DNA of 64,000 nt, taken from NCBI GenBank assembly GCA_015492435.1, contig WGFB01000051.1:15100-79099 (forward strand), written 5' to 3'. Below the pieces are notes generated by a model. That model was not told the DNA's origin and did no database searches. It worked only from the letters and a program-made list of their open reading frames with translations. The stretch's first letter is position 1. Every line of letters begins with the position of its first letter. This document shows, in pieces, positions 54,070 to 62,951 of this stretch. Both the position numbers and the translations under genes were made by a program. The stretch is from Gammaproteobacteria bacterium (GTDB taxonomy: Bacteria > Pseudomonadota > Gammaproteobacteria > SZUA-140).

Positions 54070-55314
54070 TCAAAACAGTTCGACCTCGCCCGCATCCATC
54101 GACTGCTGGGCCACGGGCTTGATTTTCTCCAGGTCCAGACTGTCCCGGATCTGGATCAGGCGGTCTCTGATTTCATTCAGGCGCCGCGCGTTTTCACCGG
54201 TGTCACGGCCGTTGCGGACCGTTTCATCCAATTCGCTGTTGAATACCGAAACGAGCTGCTCGATCCCCTCCACACGCCTGCGGGTATGGTTGATGAGCTG
54301 ACTGATGATGTCCTCGAATTGCAGCGACCTGACGGCCTGGTCCACATCGCTGGAGATCTGCCCCGTCAAGCCGGTGACCTCCTCCAGGCTGTGGGTGATG
54401 CGCTCGTTCATTTTGAGAATGTCGCTCATCATGTCGTCCACCTGCGCCTTGGACTGAATGGCGACGCTCATATCCTTGGAAGCCATCTTGGCCACGATTT
54501 CCTTGACCTCGTCCACATTCTGCCGCGACTGCCCCACCACCTGGGTGATTTGATCGGCGAACTGGTTGGAGTTCTGCGACAGTTTGCGCACCTCGTCCGC
54601 CACCACCGCGAAACCGCGTCCGGCCTCCCCCGCCCTGGCGGCCTCGATGGCGGCATTGAGCGCCAGCAGATTGGTCTGATCGGCGATGACCTTGACATCG
54701 CCCAGCAGTTCCACCACTTCGTCCATCTGTTTCACCAGGTCGTCCACGCGCTGGGTCATGGACATGCTTTCCTTGCTGGTCTCGATGATGTGTGCAATGA
54801 AATATTGCAGAATCTTCTCGGTTTCCTGGGTGAACTGCTTGACGCCCAGGTGCTGCTTCTCCTCACCGGCTTCGTCATCCCCCTCCAGGCTGCTGGACAG
54901 GTTGCTGAGCAGGCCGCTGACCACCCGCATCTGGTTCTGGGTCTTTTCATTGAGCCCGCTGAAACTGGCGTTCAGGCTGATCACCGCATCCCGCAGCAAC
55001 TGGTTGACCTGATCGAGTTCGCCATGTATGGATCCCACGCCCTCGCGCACGCTCTTGTCGATCTCCCCTGTAATGCCGCACAATTGCGCGCCCTCCAGCA
55101 TGACCGCGCCCATGTCCGCCGCGGCCGTCCGCGGCCTGTTCTCCCCTCCGGCGGGCAGGGAGCGGGCGGCTTGCCATGCCGAGAATACCCAGCCCGTTGA
55201 CACCAGGGTCAGCAACACCATCGACAGGGGGGAGGCATCCATGACCGCCAGGGCGGCGAGGCTGCCCAGGGTAAGCGCCGATATATGCCAGTGTTTCCCG
55301 AAAAAGGTTTTCAT
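54070..55314 (-). CDS. Methyl-accepting chemotaxis protein with minimal N-terminal region (two TM segments, no periplasmic sensor)
   Basis: MCP signalling domain (...[39 protein letters not shown]...). Confidence 0.88.
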   Translation of the reverse strand: MKTFFGKHWHISALTLGSLAALAVMDASPLSMVLLTLVSTGWVFSAWQAARSLPAGGENRPRTAAADMGAVMLEGAQLCGITGEIDKSVREGVGSIHGELDQVNQLLRDAVISLNASFSGLNEKTQNQMRVVSGLLSNLSSSLEGDDEAGEEKQHLGVKQFTQETEKILQYFIAHIIETSKESMSMTQRVDDLVKQMDEVVELLGDVKVIADQTNLLALNAAIEAARAGEAGRGFAVVADEVRKLSQNSNQFADQITQVVGQSRQNVDEVKEIVAKMASKDMSVAIQSKAQVDDMMSDILKMNERITHSLEEVTGLTGQISSDVDQAVRSLQFEDIISQLINHTRRRVEGIEQLVSVFNSELDETVRNGRDTGENARRLNEIRDRLIQIRDSLDLEKIKPVAQQSMDAGEVELF

Positions 55315-55688
55315 TTATTCTCCTTTCTCTCCATGTGTAGCGCGCATCCCGCCTGGCAGGATGCTCCGTCCCTGGCGTGACAGGCACTTCTCCCCCAGTG
55401 CGATGGCGTGCGGCCTCCATGGCACATATCGGCATGGGGCCTTGATCCCTTTAAGAGTTCTCTGACATGGCGGGAAGAGCCAAAAGCGATGGGAAACGGA
55501 GGGTTCCAGCGCGGGCAGCGCCCGCGCAAACGGGCGGCAAGCCCAGGCCGCGGGCATTCTCAGAAAGTGTGATGGTTCCGGAAAAGCCGCATCCTTGCTA
55601 TGGGTCACCCCCCGGCCCTGCCCGGGGAGTTTGGTCTGGCTGGTTCGTCATCCTCTGCCGATGACGAAGGGACGTTCAGGCGGTCCTT

Positions 55689-55910
55689 TCAGTCCCTGTC
55701 CGCGGGGGAGTTGATCTCGAGTTCGTTGCGCAGGATGGTCAGCTCCCGTGGGGCCTGGATGCTGATCCGCACCTGGCCAGGATTGATCTTCCTGATATGA
55801 AACTCGAACGGCCCGTCACGGAACAGCTCCGCCACCGTCATGTTCGGATCGATGTTTTCAGAGGGATAAATCTGTATCGATTCTCCAGCACGCCGTGTTA
55901 AAACCAACAT
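55689..55910 (-). CDS. CsrA/RsmA-family RNA-binding translational regulator, divergent paralog with an ~18-aa insertion in the beta2-beta3 region
   Basis: MLVLTRRAGESIQI...GQVRISIQAPRELTILRNELE vs E. coli CsrA MLILTRRVGETLMI...[21 protein letters not shown]. The insertion is YPSENIDPNMTVAELFRDGPFEFHIRKI. Confidence 0.75.
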   Translation of the reverse strand: MLVLTRRAGESIQIYPSENIDPNMTVAELFRDGPFEFHIRKINPGQVRISIQAPRELTILRNELEINSPADRD

Positions 55911-56213
55911 TTGCTAGTTGCTCCTACGTTATTTATAGACACATATGATATATATGAGATATAACATTATATCAGAGATTACTTACACAAGGAATCCACC
56001 GTTCCAAAGTGGTGCGATTCCAGGTTGTTGCCACCATCGGATTTACAGTGACTTACCATTCAGTATGCTACTCCGGCAACCACATTGTAAATTGATGGTG
56101 CAATGCGTGGTCCCCGCCAGGGTCGCCCGATTCTGTTCAGGCAGCCATCCACCCTGATGTTCCCTGGCGGAGAATTCCATGCCCGGCCTGTGGAAATCGC
56201 CCCGGCCGGCCAC

Positions 56214-56990
56214 TCAGCCGTTCACATAAGGTTCGCACCATGCCGCGATCATGCGCCCCGCGTATCCGGCATCCCGGCCATCCATCAGGAGATGATCCGC
56301 CTGGCCGAGGGAGACGAAGCTCTTCGGATGGCGCGCCCGTGAGAATATACGCGCCGCGCTGGCAATGTCCACTGTCTTGTCACTGGGAGAATGCAAAATC
56401 AGCAATGCCCTGTCCAGTTGTCCGATGGCGCTGCCCAGGTCGCAGGCATCGAGATCCTCGACGAAACGCCGGTTGATCCGGTATTCGATCCCCCCCACGC
56501 GGATTTCCGCCTCGCCCCGGCGGGCGATCTCCGCCCGCAGATCCGGAAAATGATCCAGCACGTGGGCCGGCTCGCTGGGCGCGGCTATGGTGGCCACGGC
56601 CCGGCAGGACGGTACCTGAGCAGCCGCCATCAGGGCGGCGGCGCCTCCCAGCGAGTGCCCGATCAGCAGCGCCGGGGCTTCGAAGCCGTCTTCCACGAAG
56701 CGCGCGGCCCTGACAATATCCTGAACATTGTCGGAAAAGACCGTTTCCGTGAAATCTCCCTCGCTCTCTCCCAATCCGGTAAAGTCGAATCGTAGCACGG
56801 CTATGCCCTGAGTGCACAATACCCGGCAAATATTCCTGATGCCCTTGTAAAGCTTGTTGCAGGTGAAACAGTGGGCAAACACGGCGTAGGCCCGGATTTC
56901 ACCGTCTCCGGGACGGTCCAGGAGGGCGGAGAGGCGTTCCCCCCGTCCATTCTCGAAGGAAAGCCGCTGAGATTGCACGTCCGCCGTCAT
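56214..56990 (-). CDS. Alpha/beta-fold hydrolase
   Basis: Nucleophile elbow GHSLGG, catalytic Asp/His candidates (HSPSDKTVD, ADHLL); 258 aa; the rlmD stop overlaps its start as ATGA. Confidence 0.7.
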   Translation of the reverse strand: MTADVQSQRLSFENGRGERLSALLDRPGDGEIRAYAVFAHCFTCNKLYKGIRNICRVLCTQGIAVLRFDFTGLGESEGDFTETVFSDNVQDIVRAARFVEDGFEAPALLIGHSLGGAAALMAAAQVPSCRAVATIAAPSEPAHVLDHFPDLRAEIARRGEAEIRVGGIEYRINRRFVEDLDACDLGSAIGQLDRALLILHSPSDKTVDIASAARIFSRARHPKSFVSLGQADHLLMDGRDAGYAGRMIAAWCEPYVNG

Positions 56991-58321
56991 GGCCTGTCGA
57001 ACACCAGCATGCTTTCGATATGGTTGGTGTGGGGAAACATGTCGATCAATCCCGCATGGGTCAGTTCATAGCCTTTTTCATTGACCAGGCAGTCGGCATC
57101 CCGCGCCAGGGTCTCGGGATTACAGGATACATACACGATGCGCCGCGGACCATGCGCCGGCAAGGCGCGCAGCATGGGCAAGGCGCCGCTGCGCGCGGGA
57201 TCCAGCAGAACCTTGTCGGGATTGTAGCGCGCCCAGAGGGCGGCACTGCCCTCCTCTGACAGATCGGCGTGGAGGAACTCCGCATTGGCGATGCCGTTGC
57301 GCCGGGCGTTGACGCGCGCCCTCTCGACGAGCGCCGCGCAAAAATCGGCGCCCACCACGCCCGCGCAGCGCCGTGCCAGCGGCAGGGAGAAATTGCCCAG
57401 GCCACAAAACAGATCCAGCACCACTTCGTTCGTCCGCGGCGCCAGCAAGTCCAGCGCCTGGTCGACCATGAGGCGGTTGACCCCGCCGTTGACCTGGATG
57501 AAGTCCACGGGGGAAAAGCGGATCTCCACCTGGTGAGCGGGCAAGGCGTAGCTCAGGCCCCCCGTCCCCGGAACATACAACGGCACGCAACTGTCCGGGC
57601 CCTTGGGCTGCGCGTAGATGCCCAGACCGTGAATTTCCCCGTATTCCCTCAATGCGGCCTCGTCCGCATCGGACAACGGATCCAGGTGCCGCACCACCAG
57701 CGCGGCCGCGCCGTCCCCCACCGAGACCTCGATCTGCGGAATACGCTCGCGGCAGCTCAGCCCTTGGAGGCATTCATGCAGGGAGGGCAGCAGGCGCGCC
57801 ACACGCGCCTCCAGCACCGGACAATCCCGCAGCGCCAGCACATAACCCCCATAGCGGGCGCGGAAACCGATGCGGATCTCGTCATCCCTGGCATGGTAGC
57901 GCACACTGAGCCGCGCGCGCCGCCGGTAGGCCAGGGGCGGAGCCGTCACGACAGGCAGCCAGCGCGCGGGCCGGAGGTTGGGGCGGGCTTCGAGGTGGCG
58001 CCGCAGAATATCCTCCTTGTATTCCAGTTGCATCCCGTATTCCAGGTGCTGAAGCCGGCATCCCCCGCACACGCCCGCGTGGGCGCAGGGAGGCGTCACA
58101 CGCCGGGGGGAAGGCGCGCTGATTTCCACCGCCCGCCCCTGCATTTTTCCGCGGTGCTTGCGCAAGCGCTGGAAAGTCACCGTCTCACCGGGCAGGACGC
58201 CGTCGATATAGACTTCCCGGCCGTCCGCGCACACCCTGCCGCGCCCCTCGCCGTCGAGATCGAGAACCCGCGCGGTGTACAGCGGGCGCGGTTTCCCGGC
58301 CGTGTGTTTCTTTTGCAACAT
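56987..58321 (-). CDS. rlmD: 23S rRNA (uracil1939-C5)-methyltransferase RlmD (RumA)
   Basis: TRAM domain, Fe-S Cys cluster (CAHAGVCGGCRLQ...C), SAM-MTase motifs (VLDLFCGLGNFSLPLA), C-terminal DMFPHTNHIESMLVFDR. Confidence 0.88.
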   Translation of the reverse strand: MLQKKHTAGKPRPLYTARVLDLDGEGRGRVCADGREVYIDGVLPGETVTFQRLRKHRGKMQGRAVEISAPSPRRVTPPCAHAGVCGGCRLQHLEYGMQLEYKEDILRRHLEARPNLRPARWLPVVTAPPLAYRRRARLSVRYHARDDEIRIGFRARYGGYVLALRDCPVLEARVARLLPSLHECLQGLSCRERIPQIEVSVGDGAAALVVRHLDPLSDADEAALREYGEIHGLGIYAQPKGPDSCVPLYVPGTGGLSYALPAHQVEIRFSPVDFIQVNGGVNRLMVDQALDLLAPRTNEVVLDLFCGLGNFSLPLARRCAGVVGADFCAALVERARVNARRNGIANAEFLHADLSEEGSAALWARYNPDKVLLDPARSGALPMLRALPAHGPRRIVYVSCNPETLARDADCLVNEKGYELTHAGLIDMFPHTNHIESMLVFDRP

Positions 58322-58540
58322 GAGACTGACGCTGCCCGATTCCCCGCATCCAAAGGGCGCACAGTATAGCCTGTTTACATGGCCGCCGGGGACTCGCGCA
58401 TATGATTCAAATCACACTTGATATAACCAAAAACTATAATTGAATCAGTATTTACATTTTCAGTTATAAGGGATAAGATTGATACAACTTCATTCAGTTT
58501 CATCCCGATTTCGTACAACATCAGAATCTGATCTGTATTC

Positions 58541-59251
58541 ATGCACCAGCACAACGCCAGAAAAATCGAAAAGCCCTTGCCGTCTCAGGATGAGGCAGCA
58601 TTCATCGCGGCCCTCAATGAAAAATATCACGGGCTCAGCGTGGAGGCGCGCATCCGGGAGTTGTACTCCGACTTCGACCCTGGAAGGGTCATGCTGACCT
58701 CCTCCTTTGCCGCCACGTCGGCCTTCTTTCTCTATCTTTTCTCCACGGTCCGGCCCCAGCAAAAGGTATTCTTCATCGACACCGGCTTCCATTTTCCGGA
58801 AACCCTGGAATACAAGGAAAAGCTGACGCGCCTGTACCATCTCAACGTGGAGGACATACGGGCCGAGGACTGGAAGCACGAATTCACCGTCAAGGACCAG
58901 ACCTGGAAAACGGATCCAGACTTCTGCTGCTCCATCAACAAGGTGGAACCCCTGGACGCCATCAAGAAAGACTACGATGTATGGGCCTCGGGCCTCATGA
59001 GCTGGCAGAGCGATCACCGCGCCACACTGGATGTCTTCGAGAAACGGGGCGGCATCATCAAGTTCTACCCCCTCATCGATGTCACCCGGGAGGAAAGGGA
59101 CGCCTACATCAAATCACACGACCTGCCCTTCCATCCCCTGGTCTTCAAGGGCTACTCGTCCATCGGCTGCAAGCACTGCACCGTGCCCGGCGAGGACCGC
59201 AGCGGCCGCTGGAACAACTGCCCCAAGACGGAATGCGGACTGCATCTGTGA
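58541..59251 (+). CDS. cysH: Phosphoadenosine-phosphosulfate reductase family protein (CysH-like)
   Basis: SSFAATSAF...DTGFHFPETLEYKEKL...INKVEPLD...KTECGLH is collinear with E. coli CysH (SSFGIQAA, DTGYLFPETY, INKVEP, RECGLH). The gene is lower in GC than its surroundings. Confidence 0.7.
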   Translation: MHQHNARKIEKPLPSQDEAAFIAALNEKYHGLSVEARIRELYSDFDPGRVMLTSSFAATSAFFLYLFSTVRPQQKVFFIDTGFHFPETLEYKEKLTRLYHLNVEDIRAEDWKHEFTVKDQTWKTDPDFCCSINKVEPLDAIKKDYDVWASGLMSWQSDHRATLDVFEKRGGIIKFYPLIDVTREERDAYIKSHDLPFHPLVFKGYSSIGCKHCTVPGEDRSGRWNNCPKTECGLHL

Positions 59252-59256
59252 AATGC

Positions 59257-59330
59257 GAGGGGTGATACGTGAAGTGTGAGGCGTGGCGCAGTTCATGGAT
59301 GAGACACGCCTCACCCTTCACGTATCACCC
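59257..59330. terminator. Large inverted repeat (~26-bp arms, 19-nt spacer) between convergent cysH-like and 2-hydroxyacid dehydrogenase genes; likely bidirectional terminator
   Basis: GAGGGGTGATACGTGAAGTGTGAGGCGTG ... CACGCCTCACCCTTCACGTATCACCC; an extra CACGCCTCAC half-repeat follows. Confidence 0.55.
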
Positions 59331-59338
59331 TTCACGCC

Positions 59339-60292
59339 TCACGTCACCAAATTGCGCGGCTCACCCGAGGCCCACGCCCGGATATTGAGCGCCACTTCGT
59401 CCACCAGGCGCTGCCGCGCCTCGCGGCTGGCCCAGGCGATGTGCGGCGTCACGATGAGATTGGGTATGTCACGAGCCAGCAAGGGACTGTCTTCCCCGGG
59501 CGGCTCCACGGCCAGCACGTCCACCCCCGCCCCGCCCAGGTGTCCTGACTTCAGGGCATGGGCCAGGGCATGCTCATCCACGATCCCGCCGCGCGCGGTA
59601 TTGATCAGCAAGGCCCCGGGCTTCATGGCGGCCATCTCGGCCGCGCCTATCAGGCCGCGGGTATTGCCGGCCAGGGGACAGTGGAGTGTCAGCACATCCA
59701 CTTGCGGTAACAGATCAGGCAGCGCCACTCGCCCTTCCATCTCGGGAGATCCGGGCCGGGCCGCAATCAGCACATGCATGCCGAAGGCATGCGCGACCTT
59801 GGCCACCGACCGGCCCAGCTCGCCATAGCCCACGATGCCCAGGGTCTTGCCCGCCAGTTCGCCGATGGGATAGTCCAGCAGGCAGAAATCCCTGCTGCCC
59901 TGCCAGCGCCCGCCCCTGACGGCCCCCATGTACTCGGGCAGGCGGGTGACCAGGGCCAGCAGCAGGCAGAAGACGTGCTGGGTCACGGCGGGAGTGGCAT
60001 AACCACGCACATTGCACACCCTGATGCCCCGCGCCTCGGCGCCCGCGACATCAATATTGTCGGTCCCCGTCGCGGAGACGCATACCAGGCGCAGATCGCC
60101 AAGGGCCTGGAAATGCGCCGCATCCAGGGGCACCTTGTTGCTGACGGCGACCTGGGCGCTGGCCAGGCGCCCGGTCACCTCCTCCGGCCGGGAATGGCCA
60201 AAAAATCGCCACTCCGGCAACACGGCCTTCAGCCCCGACAAATCGAGGTCCCCCCGGTCCAGGGAATCGATATCAAGAAAAACGCCCAGCAT
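59339..60292 (-). CDS. D-isomer-specific 2-hydroxyacid dehydrogenase (glycerate/hydroxypyruvate reductase-like)
   Basis: NAD-binding GIVGYGELGRSVAKVAHAFGMHV, catalytic region ...TARGGIVDE...HIAWAS. Confidence 0.88.
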   Translation of the reverse strand: MLGVFLDIDSLDRGDLDLSGLKAVLPEWRFFGHSRPEEVTGRLASAQVAVSNKVPLDAAHFQALGDLRLVCVSATGTDNIDVAGAEARGIRVCNVRGYATPAVTQHVFCLLLALVTRLPEYMGAVRGGRWQGSRDFCLLDYPIGELAGKTLGIVGYGELGRSVAKVAHAFGMHVLIAARPGSPEMEGRVALPDLLPQVDVLTLHCPLAGNTRGLIGAAEMAAMKPGALLINTARGGIVDEHALAHALKSGHLGGAGVDVLAVEPPGEDSPLLARDIPNLIVTPHIAWASREARQRLVDEVALNIRAWASGEPRNLVT

Positions 60293-60475
60293 ATTGTTTA
60301 TACGCCATTAAATATAAACCACTCTAATAATAGGGAATTCAGATAAAACTGGCCCGCATACTGCATTCCCATGAAGTAAAGTTGTCGGAAATTTCTGCCG
60401 CTAAAAAATACATATAGATGTCTAAACAGATACGAGCTTATTCATTGAGAGCCAATTGCTCAGGAGGACATCATC

Positions 60476-60658
60476 ATGAGTCTGATCATCGAAGCTGTAA
60501 TCATGTCGTTTACCATGGGCGCCATACTCGGCGCGGCCGTTGCCCTGTCGCTCAAATCGAGCAAGTACTGGGACAGCAGAACCTCTTCGGAAACGCGCCA
60601 CAAGGCCGTACCCGTCAGGAACGAGGCCCATCCCGGGGTGCGGCGGGAACACCACTGA
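60476..60658 (+). CDS. Candidate 60-aa small membrane protein
   Basis: Strong SD AGGAGG 8 nt upstream; one TM helix (LIIEAVIMSFTMGAILGAAVALSL) followed by a basic tail. No family assignment. Confidence 0.35.
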   Translation: MSLIIEAVIMSFTMGAILGAAVALSLKSSKYWDSRTSSETRHKAVPVRNEAHPGVRREHH

Positions 60659-60776
60659 CGGCAGCGCCTCTGGAAAACATCCCGGCTGCGCGCGGAACAG
60701 GGTGCGTTCGGCCCAGGCTTCCCATGAGCGGGTACGCCCTGGCGAAATATAAATGGTTGGAACGCTCCGCCGCCCG

Positions 60777-61043
60777 TCAGTTGGGGGAGCCCTTCTCCGG
60801 ATGGGCGTATTTCGGCGGCAATTGCAAATAGAAACCCTGCTCCTCGATCGATTTCAGCACCGTGGCGGCCTCGCTGCGCGCCAGTTTCTTCTCCCTGGTC
60901 AACTCCAGGGTCATCACCCGCTCCAGCTTTCCCAGCATGTTCAACAGCTCTTCGGGCACCCGTGAGCAGTCATCCTCCTGTCCCACGAACAGATAGGTGT
61001 CGGGCTCTCTCTTTCCCTTGTAGACATAGCAATCGCGTTTCAT
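60777..61043 (-). CDS. ycgL: YcgL-domain protein
   Basis: MKRDCYVYKGKREPDTYLFVGQEDDCSRVPEELLNMLGKLERVMTLELTREKKLARSEAATVLKSIEEQGFYLQLPP vs E. coli YcgL ([35 protein letters not shown]...EQGYYLQLPP). The start is taken at the internal ATG 61043. Confidence 0.8.
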   Translation of the reverse strand: MKRDCYVYKGKREPDTYLFVGQEDDCSRVPEELLNMLGKLERVMTLELTREKKLARSEAATVLKSIEEQGFYLQLPPKYAHPEKGSPN

Positions 61044-61113
61044 GGCAAGTCTGGTGTCGCTTTCCCCATGCTTCGGATAAGATAGGAACAGAGCGCAACA
61101 TACGACATTTGCC

Positions 61114-62268
61114 ATGCCAAGACAATCCCGCCCCCTGGTATTCCTCCTGCTCGCGGCAGGTGCGGCGCTCACCGCCTACGTTTTCCTCGGTGGCGAGAAA
61201 CCTGTCGAGGTCACGGTGCGGACCGTGGACAAGGGCCGCGTGGAAGCCACCGTCACCAACACCCGGGCAGGCACGGTCAAGGCCTGCCGGCGCGCGCGCC
61301 TGTCGCCCACGACCGGCGGACAGATCGCACGGTTGCTGGCGCAGGAAGGCGACCAGGTGCGCAAGGGCCAGATCCTGCTGGAACTGTGGAACGACGACCT
61401 GGCGGCCCAGGTGACGCTGGCCGAAAGCGAACTGCTGACGGCGAGGGCCAACGCCACCAGCGCCTGCCTGATCGCCGAGGAGGCCAGCCGCGAGGCCGAA
61501 CGGCAGTCGCGCCTCCACGAATCCCAATTGACCTCCGAGGAGAATGTCGACAAGGCCCGCACCAATGCCAGGGCCAAAAAGGCCGCCTGCGAGGCCGCCC
61601 GGGCCGGCATCCAGGTGAGCCAGGCGCGCCTTGCCGTGGCCCGCGCCACCCTGGCGCGCACCGTACTGCGCGCGCCCTTCGACGGCACCATCGCCGAGAT
61701 CAACGGCGAACTCGCGGAATATGTCACTCCCTCCCCCATCGGCGTGGCCACGCCGCCGGCCGTCGATCTCATCGATGACAGTTGCCTGTATGTCTCGGCG
61801 CCCATGGATGAAGTGGACGCACCGGCCATCGAGCCCCTCATGACGGCGCGCATCACCCTGGATGCCTTTCCCGGCCGGACCTTCCCCGCGCTGGTCCAGC
61901 GTATCGCGCCCTACGTCCTCGAAGTGGAGAAGCAGGCGCGCACCGTGGACGTGGAGGCCGTCTTTGCCGATCCGGCGGACTTCGCCAATATGCTGCCCGG
62001 TTACAGCGCCGATGTGACGATAATCCTGGATTACCGCGATGATGTGCCGCGGGTGCCGACGGAGGCCATCATGGAGAACGGCCGCGTCCTGGTGTTCAAC
62101 CCGGCCGCGAAGCGTCTGGAAGCGCGCGCCCTGAAGACCGGCCTGTCCAACTGGGCCTACACGGAAGTGCTTTCCGGCGTCCAGGCCGGCGAGCAGGTGG
62201 TCGTCTCCATCGACCAGGAAGGGGTGCGCAACGGCGTTGCCGCCACCGTGGCGCCGCCGCAACCATGA
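61114..62268 (+). CDS. Efflux transporter periplasmic adaptor subunit (MacA/HlyD family)
   Basis: N-terminal TM anchor, long coiled-coil hairpin (LAESELLTARANATSA...VSQARLAVARATLARTVLRAPFDGTI), C-terminal beta-barrel/MP domains. Confidence 0.85.
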   Translation: MPRQSRPLVFLLLAAGAALTAYVFLGGEKPVEVTVRTVDKGRVEATVTNTRAGTVKACRRARLSPTTGGQIARLLAQEGDQVRKGQILLELWNDDLAAQVTLAESELLTARANATSACLIAEEASREAERQSRLHESQLTSEENVDKARTNARAKKAACEAARAGIQVSQARLAVARATLARTVLRAPFDGTIAEINGELAEYVTPSPIGVATPPAVDLIDDSCLYVSAPMDEVDAPAIEPLMTARITLDAFPGRTFPALVQRIAPYVLEVEKQARTVDVEAVFADPADFANMLPGYSADVTIILDYRDDVPRVPTEAIMENGRVLVFNPAAKRLEARALKTGLSNWAYTEVLSGVQAGEQVVVSIDQEGVRNGVAATVAPPQP

Positions 62269-62951
62269 TACGCCTGCGGGAGATCACGCGCGTATACACC
62301 GTAGGCGAACAGGCAGTCCATGCCCTGGACGGGATCTCCCTGCACATCACCGCCGGGGAGTACGTCTCCATCATGGGGCCATCCGGTTCGGGCAAGTCCA
62401 CGCTGCTGCACATCCTGGGACTCCTGGACCGCCCCACCCGGGGACGCTATTTTCTCGACGGTGAGGACATCCTGTCCCTCGACGAGGCCACCCAGGCGCG
62501 CACCCGGCGCGAGAAGATCGGCTTCGTCTTCCAGTTCTTTCATCTCATTCCCCGCCTCACCGCGGCGGAAAACATCGCCCTCCCCCTGATGCTGGCGGGT
62601 GTTCCCGCCACTGAAAGGAAAGCCCGCGTGGCCAGGCTGCTCGAGGAGACCGCCCTCTCGGACCGCGCCCGGCATCGCCCCGATCAGCTCTCGGGCGGCC
62701 AGCAACAGCGCGTCGCCATCGCCCGCGCCATGGTCATGTCGCCCTCCGTGCTGCTCGCCGACGAACCCACGGGCAACCTGGACCGCCATTCGGGCGAAGA
62801 GATCATCCACCTGCTGGAGCGCCTCAACGCCTCGGGCCTCACCCTCATCGTCGTCACCCACGATCCCACCATCGGACGCCGCGCCCGGCGGCAGATACAG
62901 ATGGAGGATGGCCGGATCATCGCCGACAACGCCAAGGAGCCCGCGTCATGA
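62265..62951 (+). CDS. ABC transporter ATP-binding protein (MacB/LolD-type)
   Basis: Walker A GPSGSGKST, signature LSGGQQQRVAIARA, Walker B LLADEPTGNLD; overlaps the adaptor gene by 4 nt. Confidence 0.92.
   Translation: MIRLREITRVYTVGEQAVHALDGISLHITAGEYVSIMGPSGSGKSTLLHILGLLDRPTRGRYFLDGEDILSLDEATQARTRREKIGFVFQFFHLIPRLTAAENIALPLMLAGVPATERKARVARLLEETALSDRARHRPDQLSGGQQQRVAIARAMVMSPSVLLADEPTGNLDRHSGEEIIHLLERLNASGLTLIVVTHDPTIGRRARRQIQMEDGRIIADNAKEPAS

Noticed and set aside
55945-56210. CsrB/RsmZ-like sRNA in the AT-rich region upstream of the CsrA paralog
   Set aside because: The GGA motif count on either strand is near random expectation, and no repeated hairpin-loop GGA units are present.
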